The notes under the pieces were generated by a model. It searched no databases. It was not told where the DNA came from and saw only the letters and a list, made by a program, of their open reading frames with translations. The position numbers and the translations under genes were made by a program. 64,000 bases of DNA from a virus (Duplodnaviria; Caudoviricetes): positions 1,246 to 65,245 of the IMG/VR virus record IMGVR_UViG_3300012930_000003. One strand, 5' to 3'. Below, in pieces: positions 28,176 through 38,415 of this stretch (positions are counted from its first letter, which is position 1; the number at the start of each line of letters is the position of its first letter).

Positions 28176-28787
28176 GTGGTCCGCAGGACAGATGCCGAGA
28201 AGAGGGATCGGGTTGCAGTTTGGGCTCGCGAATATAGGGCCCGACGAAAAAACGATCCTGTCAGGCTTGAAAAAATGCGTGCGCAGGAAAAGAAATATAA
28301 GAAGACGATGAGGGACAAGATAAACGCCAGAAGGCGGGCGTATTTCGCCACCGATAATGGGAAATCAAATCGCCGCGACCATATGAGAAGTTTCCTTCTG
28401 AGCCATCCCGATTACTTATTCAATCGAAATTTAGTTAAAAAATTTGGGATTACCGCTGCTCAATATGTAGAGATGGCGGACGCCCAAAATTGGGTTTGCG
28501 CGATATGCAAGAAGCCGGAACGCGCCATACGGAAAGGTCAGGTAATGAGGCTCGCCGTTGACCATCATCATGAGACCGGAGTTGTTCGCGCCCTTTTATG
28601 CTCTCATTGCAATCGGGGGATTGGGTTCTTTGACGGTGATCCATCCGTGATGATGGCCGCTGTAAAATATCTTGATGGTCACGGACTATTTGCGAAAGAA
28701 AATAGACCTCGCAGCAAAACATCGCTACCTAATGGATCGGCGTCAAATATCGGGACTGTAGTCCTTCATACCAAACCGGGAGAATGA
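28176..28787 (+). CDS. Endonuclease VII-family nuclease (probable homing endonuclease)
   Basis: FGIT..Y..M...QNWVCAIC...LAVDHHHETGVVRALLCSHCNRGIG. AT-rich. Confidence 0.88.
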   Translation: MVRRTDAEKRDRVAVWAREYRARRKNDPVRLEKMRAQEKKYKKTMRDKINARRRAYFATDNGKSNRRDHMRSFLLSHPDYLFNRNLVKKFGITAAQYVEMADAQNWVCAICKKPERAIRKGQVMRLAVDHHHETGVVRALLCSHCNRGIGFFDGDPSVMMAAVKYLDGHGLFAKENRPRSKTSLPNGSASNIGTVVLHTKPGE

Positions 28788-28788
28788 A

Positions 28789-29508
28789 ATGTCCATTTCG
28801 CCAGAAGTCGCTAAAGCAGTTGATGAAATCCGGAAGGACCGGGATTTGATTGCGTCGATGCGGAAGGCGGACGATCTGCGTGATCAGCAGCTTGCCGACC
28901 TCAAGGCGCAGGTAGCCGCGCATCCGACGCTTTCCGACGAGGACAAGAAGGCGCTGACTGATGCGGTGAGCGACGCGCAGGACCTTAACCATTCGCTGGA
29001 AGGGCCGGTGGTCGCCAATACGCAGACCACAGCGCCTATTGCGGCCGCGCCGCCAGCTGCCCCGAGCGTTCCACTGATGCCGACCTCGGCCTTTGATCCG
29101 AATCCGCATTCGACCGATCTTGCGGAGGGTTCGGGCCAGCCTCCGCAGTCCAAGGCGATCGCGACGGCGGGCGGGTTCGTTGTTTCGGGCGGGGGTACGA
29201 CGCAGCGCGCGCCGGAGCCTGTTGTGGAACCTGCCGCTGAGGCCGCGCCGGAGGCTCTGCCGGCGGCCGCCGCCGAACCTGCGGCATCTGAGCCAGCGGT
29301 TTCGACTGACGCGCCAGCGGCCATCCCTGAGCCATCGCCGGGGCAGTTGCCGTTCACCACGCCAGCCGGTCAGGATGCCGCTGCGGTTCCGACGCCAACC
29401 CCCGATGCTGCGCCAGCGCCTATTCCGCCCGCTCCTGACCCGGTATCGGCGCCGACGCCCGGACCGGCGACATTCACGCCTCCGCCGCCGAGTAATCCGG
29501 CCGTCTGA
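28789..29508 (+). CDS. Pro/Ala-rich protein with N-terminal coiled coil
   Basis: GGGAG RBS, phage-typical codon usage, followed by a terminator. Confidence 0.65.
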   Translation: MSISPEVAKAVDEIRKDRDLIASMRKADDLRDQQLADLKAQVAAHPTLSDEDKKALTDAVSDAQDLNHSLEGPVVANTQTTAPIAAAPPAAPSVPLMPTSAFDPNPHSTDLAEGSGQPPQSKAIATAGGFVVSGGGTTQRAPEPVVEPAAEAAPEALPAAAAEPAASEPAVSTDAPAAIPEPSPGQLPFTTPAGQDAAAVPTPTPDAAPAPIPPAPDPVSAPTPGPATFTPPPPSNPAV

Positions 29509-29533
29509 GAAAATAGGACCCGACATGGATATC

Positions 29534-29566
29534 AAAGCCCGGCCCTCATCGGCCGGGTTTTCGTTT
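29534..29566 (+). terminator. Rho-independent terminator
   Basis: AAAGCCCGGCC-CTCATC-GGCCGGGTTTT followed by CGTTT. Confidence 0.75.
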
Positions 29567-30379
29567 GCGCAAAACATAAATTGACAATAAGGTATTGGAT
29601 GACCCTCAGAGACCCGCCCATGTACAGCAAATACTTGAAGTGCGATGAATGCGAATGCGTTCTTGATCGCAGGGCCAAGAATGATTTTGGCGGATGTAAT
29701 AGAAATACGGATGGGCGTGGTACATTTGCCCCGGGCGAATGGCCGGAATTACTTGCGTACGCGACATTGATGGGGTGGGATATCGGCCACGAACGGCATA
29801 TATGCCCGAAGCATAGATCGCTGACAAATGCCCAACGTCCTCCGCAAACCTCTCAGGAAGCCGCCCCAGCTATTAGTCCTACCGGAGCGGGATAAGGTCG
29901 AATGCGCGCTCCGGACCGCCTGCTCGGGGCCGCTGGCCGTCGTGGCGCTCGAATTGGAGCGGAACGAGAGTTTCCACCACGGCGCGGTCCTCGAATTAGT
30001 CATTGTGGTTAGGTTTCCGCCGCCGGACGAGGCCAAGCGGCTGACGCTGCGCCATGTGATGCCGGGCGGTGAGCCAAACCTGCGGGAGTTGATGTCGGGA
30101 GCGGAAGCGGCCGGGCAATCCATCGCCATGCGGTTTCGGCGGTATAGCGGATGGGCGCGGCCTGTGGTATCGTATGACTTCTGACGGATGGTGCAATGAA
30201 AAAGCCCAAATACGCTTTGGCGATTGAGTTACGGCGGCTTAATCCGGAATTAGATGTGAAATTCAAGGCTCTACCAGATAAGCTAAAATGGCAGTGGCTG
30301 GAATTCGCCACGAACAATCGGGCCGTTGCCAGTCTCCGCGAAGCGTGGCGGCTCGTCATGCAACATGAGGGGTCGATCA

Positions 30380-30736
30380 ATGGCTAATTGTCGAATTTTC
30401 GGATATTCGGGCATTGTCCAGCTTGAGCAGCGCTTGCTCAAATTCGCCAGCTCGGAATCCGTATTTTGCCGGCAGGAACCATATCTTTGGAGCCAAAAGC
30501 TCGCTCTCAACGGCGCAACGCCGGTTCCGAGCGCGGTCCAAGCCAACGATACCGCAACGATGGTCGTAATCGAGGTCGACGACAACGTGGCCATTCGGTA
30601 CGAAATCAACTTCAACGGCCCGACGGCGACCACCGCGCGGGCGGCCGGAACGCTATCCCCGAAACTGCAGGGCGAGAACGTATTCCAGTGGGTCACGGGC
30701 GCCACGATATCGGTGGTCGACGCATCGGCGGTCTAA
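30380..30736 (+). CDS. Hypothetical beta-rich protein (possibly structural)
   Basis: GAGGGG RBS. MANCRIFGYSG... Confidence 0.55.
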   Translation: MANCRIFGYSGIVQLEQRLLKFASSESVFCRQEPYLWSQKLALNGATPVPSAVQANDTATMVVIEVDDNVAIRYEINFNGPTATTARAAGTLSPKLQGENVFQWVTGATISVVDASAV

Positions 30737-31039
30737 GTAGGGAAGCGATAAATGACATTGAAAGAATTGACCGAAATTACAGAGCATGTCCGCTGGCTGG
30801 TCCTGATGCGATGGACCGATTCCGATATTCTGGATCATGTCGTCATCAAATTACCAGCCCCAATATTCGATATTGTGAGCGCTGATCTGAAGGCTGACAC
30901 GATCAATAAGTTTCGGCCGGATGAACACCACCTTGGCGGAACCGGCAACCACTTTATGTTCAACGGCATCAAGTTCGAGAGGGTCGACGGGCATTATTGG
31001 TCCGTGAGCGCCTTCGACAAGGTGACTGCGGCTTAACCA

Positions 31040-32602
31040 ATGAGCGACGCATCCGCTCTTGAGACCATCCGCCAAACGCCGGAATACCAGGCGAGCAAGA
31101 AGCAACTCGGAAACCGACATTGGCGCCTTAACAATTTATATTGGATTAAAAATGCTGACGGCGTGGCCGTGCCGTTTAGGCTCAATTTCGCGCAACAGCA
31201 TTATTCTGGGCGGGAGTGGTTTCGAGATACTATTCTGAAAAGCCGCAAGCTCGGGTTTTCTTCGTTTATCGGCATTCGGATGCTGGATACGTGCCTTTTC
31301 GCATCCAATAGCACGGGCGGCATCATTGACCAGACTTTGGATGACGCCAAGGCGAAGCTTGCAATCGCTAAATTCGCCTATGAGCGGATGCCACGATCCC
31401 TCCGTGAAGGGATGCCTCTGAACGTCGACAATCAAGAAGAGCTAAAATGGCAGAACGGCTCTAAGATTGTCGCCGGCACGTCCTACCGCGGCGATACCCC
31501 GCAAATGCTGCACGTGTCGGAGTTCGGTCCGATATCAGCCAAAAGTCCACTTATCGCGAAGGAAATCAAAACGGGGTCGATGGAATCGGTTCCGATCAAC
31601 GGCAAGATTTGGGTTGAGAGCACCGCCAAGGGCACATCCGGGGAATTCTATGATCTCGTGAATGCTGGCCAGCAATTGCAGGCGAGTGGGCAGGCGCTGA
31701 CGCAGCGTGATTTTCGCCTCCACTTCTACAATTGGACTATGAACCCGGCCAACCGCCTGCCGATCAACCTTGTGCACATCCCGGCAGACATGCGGGAGTA
31801 TTTCGAGGAACTGCGGACAAAGCACGGCATCGTAACGGACGGCCAACAGCAGGCTTGGTACGTCAAGACGCGCGAATTCCTGGGTCCTGACGATATGAAA
31901 TCAGAGCACCCATCAACGCCGGGGGAATGCTTCTTTGCGTCGCTGGAAGGCGCATACTTCAAGAACGAAATGAACGCCGCAAGGAAGGATAAGCGGATCG
32001 GTTTGCCTGTGCCGTACGACAATACGAGGCCGGTTCACACGGGGCTTGATCTCGGGATGGATGGCGCAATGGCAATCATATTTTTCCAGACCGACGGCGT
32101 TCGGCACAGGTTCATAGATTTTGCCAGGGGCGAGAGCGCTGGCCTATCCGACTTCATTCGGATCGTGAAAGAAAAGGCAACCACGCGGAATTGGATATAC
32201 GGTCGCCACTATTCTCCACATGATATCGAGGTCCGAGATTGGAGTAATATGAGCGGGGTCACAGCCAAAACCCGCAAGGAGGTTGCGGCCGAATACGGAA
32301 TAGATTTTACGGTTGTCGGTCGCGTGTCCGATAAATCCGATTCCATCGAATCGGCTCGGCGGCTAATCGCGACAAGCTATTTCTGTTCCGAGTATGCGGA
32401 AGGTCTTGTCGAGTCCCTGGATTCGTACAGTCGCATGTGGAACAAAACCACATCACAGTGGATGGCAACTCCGGCGAAAAACGGCTATGACCATGCGGCC
32501 GATGCGTTCCAGCAAATTTCCATGGGATTGCAGCCCGACCGCGTTCTAAGGCGTGATATGATCGACGGCGGAAAGAAAAAGGGGAGCCACTGGAGTGCGT
32601 AA
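31040..32602 (+). CDS. terL: Terminase large subunit
   Basis: WRLNNLYWI, Walker A LKSRKLGFS, Walker B LHVSE, ESTAKG, nuclease GLDLG and DHAADAF. Confidence 0.92.
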   Translation: MSDASALETIRQTPEYQASKKQLGNRHWRLNNLYWIKNADGVAVPFRLNFAQQHYSGREWFRDTILKSRKLGFSSFIGIRMLDTCLFASNSTGGIIDQTLDDAKAKLAIAKFAYERMPRSLREGMPLNVDNQEELKWQNGSKIVAGTSYRGDTPQMLHVSEFGPISAKSPLIAKEIKTGSMESVPINGKIWVESTAKGTSGEFYDLVNAGQQLQASGQALTQRDFRLHFYNWTMNPANRLPINLVHIPADMREYFEELRTKHGIVTDGQQQAWYVKTREFLGPDDMKSEHPSTPGECFFASLEGAYFKNEMNAARKDKRIGLPVPYDNTRPVHTGLDLGMDGAMAIIFFQTDGVRHRFIDFARGESAGLSDFIRIVKEKATTRNWIYGRHYSPHDIEVRDWSNMSGVTAKTRKEVAAEYGIDFTVVGRVSDKSDSIESARRLIATSYFCSEYAEGLVESLDSYSRMWNKTTSQWMATPAKNGYDHAADAFQQISMGLQPDRVLRRDMIDGGKKKGSHWSA

Positions 32603-33146
32603 GATCGGAACGAGCAACGCGATTGATTTGGCGGGAATGAGGTTCGTGCGCCTTTCCGTTATTCGACGCGGCCCGAACAACAAACACAGCCAAACCACAT
32701 GGCTCTGTCGCTGCGACTGCGGCACCGAGAGAGTATTCGCTGGCCGGGATTTGCGTGATGGCGATACCAAATCTTGCGGCTGTTTAGATGTGGAATTGCG
32801 GGCTACCCGCAATGTGACGCACGGCCACGCTCGCGTCGGCAAACTCTCCCCTGAATATCGGACATGGCGCAATATCCATGGGCGATGCAACGATCTTTCG
32901 GATGGTCGGTATGGTGGCCGTGGAATCGCGGTCTGCGAACGCTGGGGTGTCTTTGAAAATTTCCTAGCTGACATGGGCGACAAACCATCGCCCCGCCACT
33001 CTATCGATCGATATCCAGACAATAACGGCAACTACGCGCCAGATAACTGTCGGTGGGCGACTGCAAAGCAACAGGCGGCCAATCGACGCCCACGGCGCGA
33101 TCATGTGGCGTCCCGCAATCCGATCGATGCACATGAACCGCGCTGA
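32595..33146 (+). CDS. HNH homing endonuclease
   Basis: DLAGMRF.RL...WLCRCDCG...KSCGC...YGGRGIAVCERW...SIDRYPDNNGNYAPDNCRWAT. Confidence 0.88.
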   Translation: MRKIGTSNAIDLAGMRFVRLSVIRRGPNNKHSQTTWLCRCDCGTERVFAGRDLRDGDTKSCGCLDVELRATRNVTHGHARVGKLSPEYRTWRNIHGRCNDLSDGRYGGRGIAVCERWGVFENFLADMGDKPSPRHSIDRYPDNNGNYAPDNCRWATAKQQAANRRPRRDHVASRNPIDAHEPR

Positions 33147-34063
33147 CCGCCGCCGCGCCGCCCGTGAGGCTGGCATCGACTTCGCGGCGCAACAGCGTGC
33201 GGAGCGGGATACGGCTAGGCTGGAAGCGGCCTGCCTGAAACTATCGCCGATTACCGCTCGGAAGATTTTAGCCGAATGGGCGGCCAAGCCGGGCCGGTCT
33301 CAGGCCGATGTGGACGCAATGAACGGGGCATCCAAATGACCGGATGGAAGCTGGCTTTGCACCTTTGGATTTATCGACGGTCGGGCTGGTATCGTTGGGG
33401 CTGGGGATGGTGGATAACGTTCGGGCTTGCTCGTCTTCAAGGCTACAGCAGATTTGATGCGATATTGTCGATCGTGGCGCACGAGCGATTGGGGACGAAG
33501 ATGTATTATTACCCGAAATGGAAACGGGAGCAGATGCCAGTGAATATCCGGAGGACTGCGGAATGACGATGGAAGATGCGATGGCGGCCCGAACTAGGGC
33601 GCAGATGGAACTGCATTGGCACCTGACGCGCGCTGCGGCCTTCGTGATCGAAGATCGAGTTCTCGGCCCTCTTTTTGAACAGGAGATGCTTTTGGCAGAG
33701 CGCGCTCGGGCAGATTGGCATGTGGCGCAGGATGAATTCGCTCAAGCATTCAACGTCTACCACAACGGCATGATTGCGAAGTCTCCGGACGGCGACAAAT
33801 GGGTAGCGTGAACATCCGCAAAATCTTCAAGGCCAACTGCGGCCCCGGCGCGGTGTATCTCAGTTCCGAGATGCAACAGCGGGGCGAATACAATACCGTC
33901 GCGATCCAATTCGAGATGGTTCCGGAAGGGCGCAAGTTCACCCTCGACGGGGTCATCCATGAAGGCGACGCGGATGCTGAGCTTGAGCGGGCGGTGCTGA
34001 AAATAGCGGCAATCGCCAAGAATATCCGGGCGCATATTGACCCTGACAGGCCGGTGGTGATGA

Positions 34064-34402
34064 ATGGAGCTTAGTCGACGTAATTTCCTGCGTGGGACAG
34101 CGGCGTGCGCGGTCGCTGCTGCGGTGCCGTTACCCGTATTGGCAGAAACCATCCCGCCGATATTTGATGGATATATCGGAACTTATAACGGCGTCATTAT
34201 TCGTCAGGTCGAGAACCTTTATTGGGTGGATGTGCCCGGCACAGACATGGCGCTTCGCGGGTCGATGTCCGCTATTTCGCGGTGGGGTCGAGTTTTTGAG
34301 AAGAAAATGGCCGGGGTTTGCATTGACCCCGAGGATCGTCCATTGGACGGGTGGGAATACATCACGTCGCCAAACTATCGAGGGGAAGATGGGAATACGT
34401 GA
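34064..34402 (+). CDS. Twin-arginine (Tat) signal protein containing a major-capsid-like segment
   Basis: SRRNFL Tat motif plus a hydrophobic stretch, then PIFDGYIGTYNGVIIRQ. Confidence 0.7.
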   Translation: MELSRRNFLRGTAACAVAAAVPLPVLAETIPPIFDGYIGTYNGVIIRQVENLYWVDVPGTDMALRGSMSAISRWGRVFEKKMAGVCIDPEDRPLDGWEYITSPNYRGEDGNT

Positions 34403-34632
34403 ACTCGCCGCCGCGTTCAACGAGGTTTCCAGCCCCGATGCGACCTGCGTCAAGGCGCTGCTGGACTATAAGCGCGCCAGCGGAACGGAATGGCAATTGA
34501 TCGTTTTCTCTGGTAACTACGCTGACGGCTCGCCGTTCGTTATTCAGTCGGAGCCTCAGCGTCCCGAAAGCAATCTTATTCTTGCATCACGGGAAACCGC
34601 TCGTAGTCTTTTGGCTCAAAAAGGATGATGCG

Positions 34633-34944
34633 ATGGGCGTGGCACCAGACCAACAACAGAATATCCAGACGATTACGCGCAATTTCACTCTTGCGGCTGG
34701 GGTCGCGGCCCAGATAGTGCCTGCGAACAACGGTCGAAGATTTCTGCTGATCCAGAATACCGGGATCAATCCGATGTCGATCAAGGAGGATGCTGCTCCG
34801 GTTGCGGCCGGCGGAATGAGTTTTGACCCCGCCTCCTCTGCTGGCGGCCAAGGCGGGAGCTGGAATCCAACCGAAGTTGTGCCGACTAATGCCTATTGGG
34901 CGATATCCACCGTGGGGACGACCGTCATCACGATGGAGGGCTAG
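34633..34944 (+). CDS. Small beta-sandwich, probably virion-associated, protein
   Basis: G.A.QIVPANNGRRFLLIQNTG motif. Apparent paralog at 36214. Confidence 0.6.
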   Translation: MGVAPDQQQNIQTITRNFTLAAGVAAQIVPANNGRRFLLIQNTGINPMSIKEDAAPVAAGGMSFDPASSAGGQGGSWNPTEVVPTNAYWAISTVGTTVITMEG

Positions 34945-34947
34945 GCC

Positions 34948-36159
34948 GTGGTCATCCGTCCGGCCGGGCCGGGACCGATCGGGATATCCTCGGTGCATCG
35001 GCCTGGGCCTCGCGGCGTTGCGGATGCATTGCCGAGTGCTCTGCTCTGGGGATTGGGTCCGCTGATTGGCCTATCGATCTTCAAGGCGGCACTGGCCCGG
35101 GTTCGGGCTGGGACTGGGCGCGGAAAAATCGTCGTCATTGGCGATTCGACCAGCATGGGTGCTGCGGCCGGAACGAGCGGAACATCCAATCTAAACGGCG
35201 CGGCGCAGAAATCGTGGCCGCAGGGATTACACCGCTTCAACAGCGCGCCGAATTATCTCTCGTCAAATTCGTGGTGGGGTACGCAGGGGTATGACAGCGC
35301 TGCTGGTATCACACTGACCAACTATGACACCCGATTGGCGCAGGGCGCGAATTGGAATCCGAACCTGACCTCGCTTGGCGGCAAGGTCATCCGCTACGCT
35401 TCTGGTGCAGCCAATAATTTCTCGTTCACCCCAACCTTTGCTTTCGATACGTTCATCCCGTATTTTCTGAAAAATAACGGCAATGGAACCTGTACGGCGA
35501 ATGTCGATGGCGGATCGTCGTTGGGGACAATCAACACCAATTCCGGCGGCGCGCTGGTATGGGCGAACCAGACCTTTACGACCACGAAAGCCATCCACCA
35601 AATCAATCTGGTTCCGAACAACGATGCTCAAATGTTTTTCGGTGGCATCCTTTGCTATGACAGCACGGTTCCTGCGATCGACGTTATCCAAACCGCCGTT
35701 TATGGCTCAATCGCATCCACATTCACGCCTGCCGTCAACGTCTACGATGCGATCAACACGCTGAAATTCATCGCGCCGGACCTGACCATCATCGATTTGA
35801 CCATCAATGACAGCAACAACGGGACCGCGTTGGCGACCTATTCCGCCAATCTGCAAACCATCATCACGGCGGCGAAGGTGAGCGGCGACGTGCTGCTGAT
35901 GGTTGGTCCTCCGAGCAATACGACGCAGGCCACGGACGGCACGCTGGACACTTATATCGCCGTTCTGAATACGCTCTGCGCGACCAATAAGTGCTCGCTG
36001 GTGAATATGAAAGCGCTTTGGGGCAGCTACGCCAATATCCAGCCGACGTTCCCTTATCTCGATACGCTGCATCCGCTGGCGGCTGGCCATCAGGGTCCGC
36101 CGGCAAACGGATATCCGGACCTCGGGACGGCGGTGGCTAATTTGCTGGCTCGCGCTTAG
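34948..36159 (+). CDS. SGNH/GDSL hydrolase (candidate polysaccharide deacetylase appendage)
   Basis: Block I VIGDST, block III LTIND and block V DTLHP. Confidence 0.8.
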   Translation: MVIRPAGPGPIGISSVHRPGPRGVADALPSALLWGLGPLIGLSIFKAALARVRAGTGRGKIVVIGDSTSMGAAAGTSGTSNLNGAAQKSWPQGLHRFNSAPNYLSSNSWWGTQGYDSAAGITLTNYDTRLAQGANWNPNLTSLGGKVIRYASGAANNFSFTPTFAFDTFIPYFLKNNGNGTCTANVDGGSSLGTINTNSGGALVWANQTFTTTKAIHQINLVPNNDAQMFFGGILCYDSTVPAIDVIQTAVYGSIASTFTPAVNVYDAINTLKFIAPDLTIIDLTINDSNNGTALATYSANLQTIITAAKVSGDVLLMVGPPSNTTQATDGTLDTYIAVLNTLCATNKCSLVNMKALWGSYANIQPTFPYLDTLHPLAAGHQGPPANGYPDLGTAVANLLARA

Positions 36160-36213
36160 ATTTTGTCAAATCGTGGTATATGCCTTGAAACCGAACGGCT
36201 GGAGATGACCAAA

Positions 36214-36579
36214 ATGCGGAAAATTATATCGTGGGTTATTGCCGCGCTCGTTTGGTGGGGGGCGGCTGGCGCGGCGATGGCGACGGACTGCTCTGGGACA
36301 ATCACATCGGGCGGGACGGCGCAGGCCATAACCGGCATCAACGGCAACGTTCGCGGCCTGATGCTTATGAACAACTCCGCAAATCTCATGTGCGTGTCGT
36401 TCAATGGATCGGCGGCGACCATTGCGGGCACGAACTGCGGCGCTGGGTCATGGACATTGGGGCCGGGAACAGCAACTGTTGCTGGGCAGTCGTTCTCGAC
36501 GCCAGTCAATATCACGATCAGCACGGCCTCGATTATCTCGTCGACCACGGGCGATCGGTTTTCATGCGAGCGTCAGTGA
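36214..36579 (+). CDS. Signal-peptide-bearing small beta-sandwich protein
   Basis: MRKIISWVIAALVWWGAAGAAMA signal, VRGLMLMNNS motif, 4 Cys. Confidence 0.7.
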   Translation: MRKIISWVIAALVWWGAAGAAMATDCSGTITSGGTAQAITGINGNVRGLMLMNNSANLMCVSFNGSAATIAGTNCGAGSWTLGPGTATVAGQSFSTPVNITISTASIISSTTGDRFSCERQ

Positions 36580-37601
36580 TGCGCAAGTCGCTTGCCCTTT
36601 TCCTCGTCTGCTGGGCATCGATTGCGGAGGCGCAGTTTGGCGGGTCGATTGGGCTGCCTGGATTTAAAGGCCTCGGAGGCCCGGGCTTTGGCGGGGGCGG
36701 CGCTGTTGCTGCATCCTGTACACCGGGTTCGCAGGTATTTTTATCCTCTGGGACTTTTAACCCCGGCGCTTGCACTACAGCTACCTTCTCAGCCATCGGT
36801 GAAGGTGGCAACGGTGCTGCCGGGAATACATCATCACTCTCTGGCGGCGCGGGTGGGTCAGGTGCGTATTGTTCGGCCTCTGTAAGTGTCACGCCCAACG
36901 TTGATATAAGCATTGTTATTGGAACGGGCGGGACGGGAACCAATACAACCGTCACTGGCAAGAATATCGTTGCCGGCGCTGGAGCCAATGCAAGTAACGG
37001 AACAGGTGGGGCTAATGGATCGTCTGCCGCTTGTACCGCCGCTGCTGCTACAGCTAGAAACGGCATCAATGGAAGGAATTCAACAGTAAGTCGCCCTACT
37101 CCGGGAGGCAGTGGCGCCGCAGGTCCAAGTACATCGGGTTTTGCGGGGGGGTCTCCTTTTACTGGCGGTGCAACTGGCGGCACGGGGGGCGGCGGTGCAG
37201 GGACTAGTGGTTCAGCTGGTGTTGCTACATCGACCATTAATGGTGGTAATGGCGGTAACGGTGCCAATGGTACGGGTGCTGGGGTTGGCGGTATTGGCGA
37301 TGGCACTGCGGGTGGTAATGGAACCTCTCCAGGGGCGGGTGGTGGTGGTGCAGCGGGGTCGATTATCGCAACTGCGGCAGTTGGTGGAAATGGGGCTGCG
37401 GGCACAGACGTTGACGGGTCTACGATCGGTGCGGGCGGCGGTGGTGGGGGTGGTGGGTCAGAAGACACAGGATTAAATGGCGGCGGTGGGGGTAATGGCG
37501 GGACCTGCGGAGGAGGAGGCGGCGGCGGGGGCCGTGGGATTGTAGCGGGTGGCAATGGCGGTGCTGGCGCTCCCGGTTGCGTTCTCGTGACGTATCCCTG
37601 A
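36579..37601 (+). CDS. Glycine-rich (polyglycine-II-type) fibre protein with signal peptide
   Basis: TGATG coupling. MRKSLALFLVCWASIAEA signal. GGAGGSGAY...GGNGGAGAPGCVLVTY is the Gly-rich domain seen in phage fibres. Confidence 0.7.
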   Translation: MRKSLALFLVCWASIAEAQFGGSIGLPGFKGLGGPGFGGGGAVAASCTPGSQVFLSSGTFNPGACTTATFSAIGEGGNGAAGNTSSLSGGAGGSGAYCSASVSVTPNVDISIVIGTGGTGTNTTVTGKNIVAGAGANASNGTGGANGSSAACTAAAATARNGINGRNSTVSRPTPGGSGAAGPSTSGFAGGSPFTGGATGGTGGGGAGTSGSAGVATSTINGGNGGNGANGTGAGVGGIGDGTAGGNGTSPGAGGGGAAGSIIATAAVGGNGAAGTDVDGSTIGAGGGGGGGGSEDTGLNGGGGGNGGTCGGGGGGGGRGIVAGGNGGAGAPGCVLVTYP

Positions 37602-37698
37602 TGCGCGGCGCCATCGCCATGAACTTCGCGCTTTGGGCCATGATTGTGATAGCGTTCGGCAAGTGGTATTCGATAATTTAATTACAACGGAGCATCAA

Positions 37699-38262
37699 AT
37701 GGGCGGTCATCTTCTCGCATCGGTAAATCCGGAAGCTGCGGACCTTATCCAGCCAGCCGCACCGCGCCCTCGCCTGCCGGGCGTCGGCCAAACCGTCGTG
37801 TACCATATGCGTCGCGGCCACGGTCGGAACGGTCGGACCTCGTTTCCGGCGCTCGTACAGGGTCACGGCGAGCGCGATACGCTGATGCTGACGGTCATCA
37901 TCGACGCTGGGGATATGGTCGACGAGCAATTCGTTGAGATGATCGGCCCCGGCAAGGATGATGGGCATTGCTGGGAATGGCCGGAGGGCGTGCGGCCGCT
38001 GGCGGAGCGGCTTGATGAGCCGGCCGGGCTGCGGTCACTAGTGAACGAACTGGATGAGCAAATGGGCAGGATGCATCAATGCGTCCTCGGCGAATTTGAG
38101 GCACCGAAAGTCTCGATCATCCACATCATGCAGGATTTCGAGTCGCGTCTGCGTGCGGTGAAGGCCGAAAACGACGAGTTGCGGGCCAATCTTTTGTCTG
38201 CGGCCGATGTGCTGCCAGCGCCGCGTAACGGCAAAACCAAGGCGCGCGGGAAGAAGAAATGA
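37699..38262 (+). CDS. Hypothetical protein
   Basis: GGAG RBS. PGVGQTVVY...PALV...CWEWP motif plus coiled coil. Confidence 0.65.
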   Translation: MGGHLLASVNPEAADLIQPAAPRPRLPGVGQTVVYHMRRGHGRNGRTSFPALVQGHGERDTLMLTVIIDAGDMVDEQFVEMIGPGKDDGHCWEWPEGVRPLAERLDEPAGLRSLVNELDEQMGRMHQCVLGEFEAPKVSIIHIMQDFESRLRAVKAENDELRANLLSAADVLPAPRNGKTKARGKKK

Positions 38263-38415
38263 GCGACGCCCGGCCGTTTGTTTTACGCAGGCGTCGCGAA
38301 TCAATCACGGCCGAAGAGGTAATCAAGAAATTGCAGGAATTGGGCGGCGATCCGGTAACGGTCAACAAGATCGAGATAGCTATCGCAGCAATCCAAGATG
38401 GGAATGGTCGGTAAA

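Noticed and set aside
30752-31036. Second capsid-like fragment (FMFNGIKF)
   Set aside because: Similarity to the MCP YNGV motif is only 2-3 residues, which is not supportable.
36660-37580. GGN-rich low-complexity DNA as a tandem repeat element
   Set aside because: It simply encodes the glycine-rich protein.
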